A stretch of DNA of 64,000 bases. Origin: an uncultured Clostridium sp. (GTDB lineage: Bacteria > Bacillota > Clostridia > TANB77 > CAG-508). Location of the stretch: positions 29,302 through 93,301 of the forward strand of contig CAOJKP010000001.1 in NCBI GenBank assembly GCA_948438085.1. Reading direction: 5' to 3'. Below, piece by piece: positions 61,401 through 64,000 of the stretch (position 1 is its first letter; each line of letters begins with the position of its first letter). The position numbers and the translations under genes were made by a program. The notes beneath the pieces are model-generated. The model was not told the origin of the DNA. It worked only from the letters and a program-made list of their open reading frames with translations, and ran no database searches.

Positions 61401-61434
61401 ATCTAAAGAAGACATTTTGAAATTATTTGAATGA
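58432..61434 (+). CDS. SNF2-family helicase/ATPase with bacterial SNF2-associated domain
   Basis: LRNYQ, GILADDMGLGKT, DEAQ, LTGTPIEN, SLKAGGTGLNL and QATDRAYRIGQ; RBS AGGAG before ATG 58432. Confidence 0.93.
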   Translation: MEKQPEKEEKKPKDRYIEFKDLINTFYEDEDNYIEETTISHSRILDKNINLIPKLIYDKYTKELKLELKIGNSNQLYKIKDIISFYEKMKNKEIYKYGTKLEFLHTEESFNKDSIELLKFVMKNAEIMKYLTNTSNNLYKNYGPMQNNSGIILSNTSLDELFSILKGKNVLFEKDYITNEVLFTEEKPDIKFEIGKENEEEYKIVCNIDTYNTYEVFYGKENIYLLYNNSLYQCENSYKESTLKILDVFKRNYTSKIKFAKEQLPNFFSIILPKVEDDIILAKDDEEELMQCMPQKLEVRMFLECNDKNYIIATVLFRYNNLEFNPIKESIDIPRNSVNEAKVLNMLRKSGFMLDKKNARFVLTQDNDIYEFLTNGVNEYINKYEVLTTNDFLKKQVKQAHINNVGVKVENNLLKIDLSGFNFNKNELKEILKKYNLKKRFHKLKDGSFLSIENSQDLEFINDLIEGTEFEYKDFENEQIILPMHRSLYINRILEKLDSKNISKNQEYKQIVSKVEEKNSIEEITIPNEVNNILRNYQKVGYRWLKTLDEYNFSGILADDMGLGKTLQIISIMLEYIENTKQNKEPIIVVCPSSLSLNWKSEIEKFAPNIKTLVISGGTSTRKQQINSIGEYDVVITSYDLLKRDIEFYNEKNYIFRYIIADEAQYIKNSNTKNAKAIKQINGRTKYALTGTPIENSLSELWSIFDFLMPGYLFSYNKFKEKYEIPILSKENNEAMEKLKMEIEPFILRRTKKQVLTELPDKTITVLNNEMEETQQKVYLSYLAQARSELQQELEINGLENSRIKILALLTRLRQICCHPNLFITNYKGESSKLNQCIEILKDAIQSGHKILLFSGYTSMFEIIEEKLKEENISYFKLTGQTKISNRLQLVEEFNKNPNIKVFLISLKAGGTGLNLTGADMVIHYDPWWNIAAENQATDRAYRIGQKNNVQVYKLITKNSIEEKIYELQEKKAKLIDDVLNTKTSFISKLSKEDILKLFE

Positions 61435-61474
61435 AAATAAATTAATGTATAATATTAGTGAATAATGTAGACGT

Positions 61475-61600
61475 GTAGTGGCTGCCTTTGGCAGTCCGTC
61501 CTACAAAGAAATGACCATAGCAATGTAGGGGCGATTTTTTTCTTAGCTCTTCGAGCGAGTAGCGAGTTAATATTGTTATGCAAAGCTAATCGCCCGTTCT
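61475..61600 (+). repeat. Tandem REP-like palindromes
   Basis: GTAGTGGCTGCCTTTGGCAGTCCGTCCT at 61475, then GTAGGGGCGATT...AATCGCCCGTTCT at 61525-61600 with an enlarged loop. Confidence 0.7.
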
Positions 61601-61727
61601 TCGAAGAATTACTATATATGAAATAACGTTAAGGGGATTATTTACTTGTAGGTAATATTAACTAATATACTTATACTTAGTATATTGCTAACAAAAAGCA
61701 CATTAATAAAAAGAAAGGAAAAACAAA

Positions 61728-63106
61728 ATGGAAGAATACATAACAATAATTGGAGGAGGACTTGCTGGATGTGAAGCAGCATACCAAGTTGCAAAACAAG
61801 GAATAAAAGTAAAACTATATGAAATGAAACCAAAAAAATACTCACCAGCACATACAAACGAAAACCTTGCAGAAGTAGTTTGTAGTAACTCATTTAAATC
61901 CAACTTAATTACCAATGCATGTGGGCTATTAAAAGAAGAATTACGTATTATGGATTCCTTACTAATAAAATGTGCAGATGAAACATCCTTACCAGCTGGT
62001 CAAGCATTAGCAGTAGATAGAAAAAAATTTTCAAGTCTTGTAACAAACAAAATAAAAGAAAATAAAAATATAGAAATAATAAATGAAGAAGCAATAGATA
62101 TTCCAAAAGATAAAATTGTAATCATTGCAACAGGTCCATTAACAAGTGATGAATTAGCAACTAAAATTTCTAAACTAACAGGGCAAGATAAACTATATTT
62201 TTACGATGCACAAGCACCATTAATTGCAAAAGATAGTATAGATATGAACATTGCCTTTTATGGAAATAGATACGAACAAGAAAGAGAAAAGGACGAAGAA
62301 ATTGAAGAGTGGAAAAAAAGAATAAGCAATCAAGAAGATGGTTATATAAATCTTCCAATGAATAAAGAAGAATACGAAAAATTTTATAATGAATTAGTAA
62401 ATGCCGAAGTAGTAACATTACATGAATTCGAAAAAAAGGAAATATTTGAAGGATGTATGCCGCTAGAAATAATGGCAAAAAGAGGACAAGATACATTACG
62501 ATTTGGACCATTAAAGCCTGTCGGATTTACAGACTTAAGAACACGGAAGAAGACCATATGCAGTAGTTCAGCTAAGACAAGACAATAAAGAAGGAACAAT
62601 ATATAACATAGTAGGCTTCCAAACAAACTTAAAATTTGGAGAACAAAAAAGAATATTTAGTATGATACCAGGATTAGAAAATGCAGAATTTATGAAATAT
62701 GGAGTAATGCATAGAAATACCTATATAAACTCGACTTTATTATTAGATGAAACATATAATTTAAAAAAAGATAATAACATATTTTTTGCAGGTCAAATAA
62801 CAGGGGTAGAAGGATATGTAGAATCTATTTGTTCTCGGGTTAGTTGCAGGAATTAATGCTGTAAAGAAATTAAAAAAGAAAGAAAAAGTAATATTTCCTA
62901 ATGATACTATAATTGGAGCATTAGCTAAGTATATATCAACAACAAACGAAAAATTTCAACCAATGAATGCAAACTTTGGAATATTGCCACAATTAGAAGA
63001 AAAAATAAAGGATAAAAAGGTAAAATATGAGAAATTAGCCAATAAATCCATAAAAAGTTTGAAAAAAGTTAACATAACTATTGAAATGAGAAATAATTTA
63101 TGGTAA
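61728..63106 (+). CDS. trmFO: Folate/FAD-dependent tRNA m5U54 methyltransferase TrmFO, ~458 aa, requiring two +1 shifts (CGG 62544 and 62836)
   Basis: [16 protein letters not shown] and FGPLKPVG; then RT-[C][36 protein letters not shown]; then S-[C]GLVAGINA...FQPMNANFG, with a stop at 63106. Confidence 0.92.
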
Positions 63107-63210
63107 ACTATAAGTTAGAGGAAAAATGTCTGTAAAAAATTGACAAAAAATAAACTTAATATTAAAATAGGAAAAGAAGAGTCTATTTATAGATTTTGGA
63201 AGGAGATTTT

Positions 63211-64000
63211 ATGGAAGATCAAATTAAATTAGTATATGATGAAACTAGTAAAAGTATACAAGAATTGAAACAATTAATGGCAGATAAAGAGCAAACACCA
63301 GAAGTTATAGAACAAAAAAGACAAGAAGTAATTCAAAAATCAAAAGAATGCATAGGAGTAAATAATAAAGCATTAGAAGGAATAAGAAAACGAAAAATGC
63401 AAGAAGCAGATAGAAAGTTAGAAAAGCTCACTGAAGAAAGATTAAAATGTACAAATCCAGAAGAATATGCTAGAGTTGATAAAAAAATAGAAAAAGTAAA
63501 TGCCGAAAAGAAAGAAATTGAAAATTATGGACATGAATTTAACGAAGAAGTAATAAAAACAGTATCTGGATTAGGAATAACTGCTAAAGACTTAGGTGTC
63601 GAAGAAAATAATAAAGAACCAAAAAAACGTAGTAATTTTATAGCAAGATTTTTTGCGGCTTTATTTGGAAAATTCAAAATACCAGAACGTAAAAAAGAAT
63701 ATAAACAAAGCCCAAGAAAAGATAAAAAAACAGTAAGGCAAAAAATAAGAGAAACTTTAGATAGTGCATTTGAATGGGCAGATGCAATATTAGATGAAGA
63801 AATAGCTGATATGGTTGATGAAACACCTAATGCTGAAGACAAAACTACTACTAAAAGTGAAGAACAAGGAAATAGGGATAAAAAACAACAAGAACCTAAA
63901 GAAAATACAGAAGATGCACACAAAATGGATTCATTTAAAGAGTCTATGAAAAAAGACTTTGAAGAATACTTTGCAAAAGTAGAAGAAGGCTATGAAGATA
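63211..64000 (+). CDS. Hypothetical charged coiled-coil protein, truncated by the window end
   Basis: RBS AGGAG and ATG 63211; open to the window end; E/K-rich with one FIARFFAALFGKF amphipathic patch. Confidence 0.7.
   Translation, partial: MEDQIKLVYDETSKSIQELKQLMADKEQTPEVIEQKRQEVIQKSKECIGVNNKALEGIRKRKMQEADRKLEKLTEERLKCTNPEEYARVDKKIEKVNAEKKEIENYGHEFNEEVIKTVSGLGITAKDLGVEENNKEPKKRSNFIARFFAALFGKFKIPERKKEYKQSPRKDKKTVRQKIRETLDSAFEWADAILDEEIADMVDETPNAEDKTTTKSEEQGNRDKKQQEPKENTEDAHKMDSFKESMKKDFEEYFAKVEEGYED

Noticed and set aside
231-63923. Numerous minus-strand ORFs in the track (Leu/Phe/Ile-rich)
   Set aside because: They are antisense shadows of A-rich + strand genes with no motifs. Only sodC (38487-38945) is supported on the minus strand.

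Overview
This window comes from a very AT-rich, spore-forming Clostridia-like chromosome, with almost all genes on the + strand. The backbone is dusB, a GerS-like gene, an orphan mazF/ndoA, an LPxTG surface protein, and a fragmented dcw cluster (mraZ-rsmH-ftsL-transporter-spoVD ... murE-mraY-spoVE/ftsW-murG), followed by an AAA-AAA-M41 protease, a SNF2 helicase and trmFO. Three observations stand out. (1) Every in-frame CGG codon I could find (5 of 5, in 4 genes) sits exactly where the gene shifts +1 into a conserved Gly codon. This suggests CGGN is read as a four-base Gly codon or as a systematic +1 frameshift signal; an assembly artefact still has to be excluded. (2) The spoVD-like PBP gene is split by two tandem ~12.6-kb serine-recombinase elements whose inferred crossovers lie 6 bp apart. 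Each element has its own inverted-repeat att arms, and excising both restores a 665-aa SpoVD, as with the skin element. One recombinase of each element, and spoVE, need the CGG shift. (3) There is a non-cellulosomal cohesin-dockerin-sortase surface system whose dockerin cargo includes an M26 metalloprotease, a discoidin protein and a putative cell-wall hydrolase. All calls were made by eye; no database searches were run.
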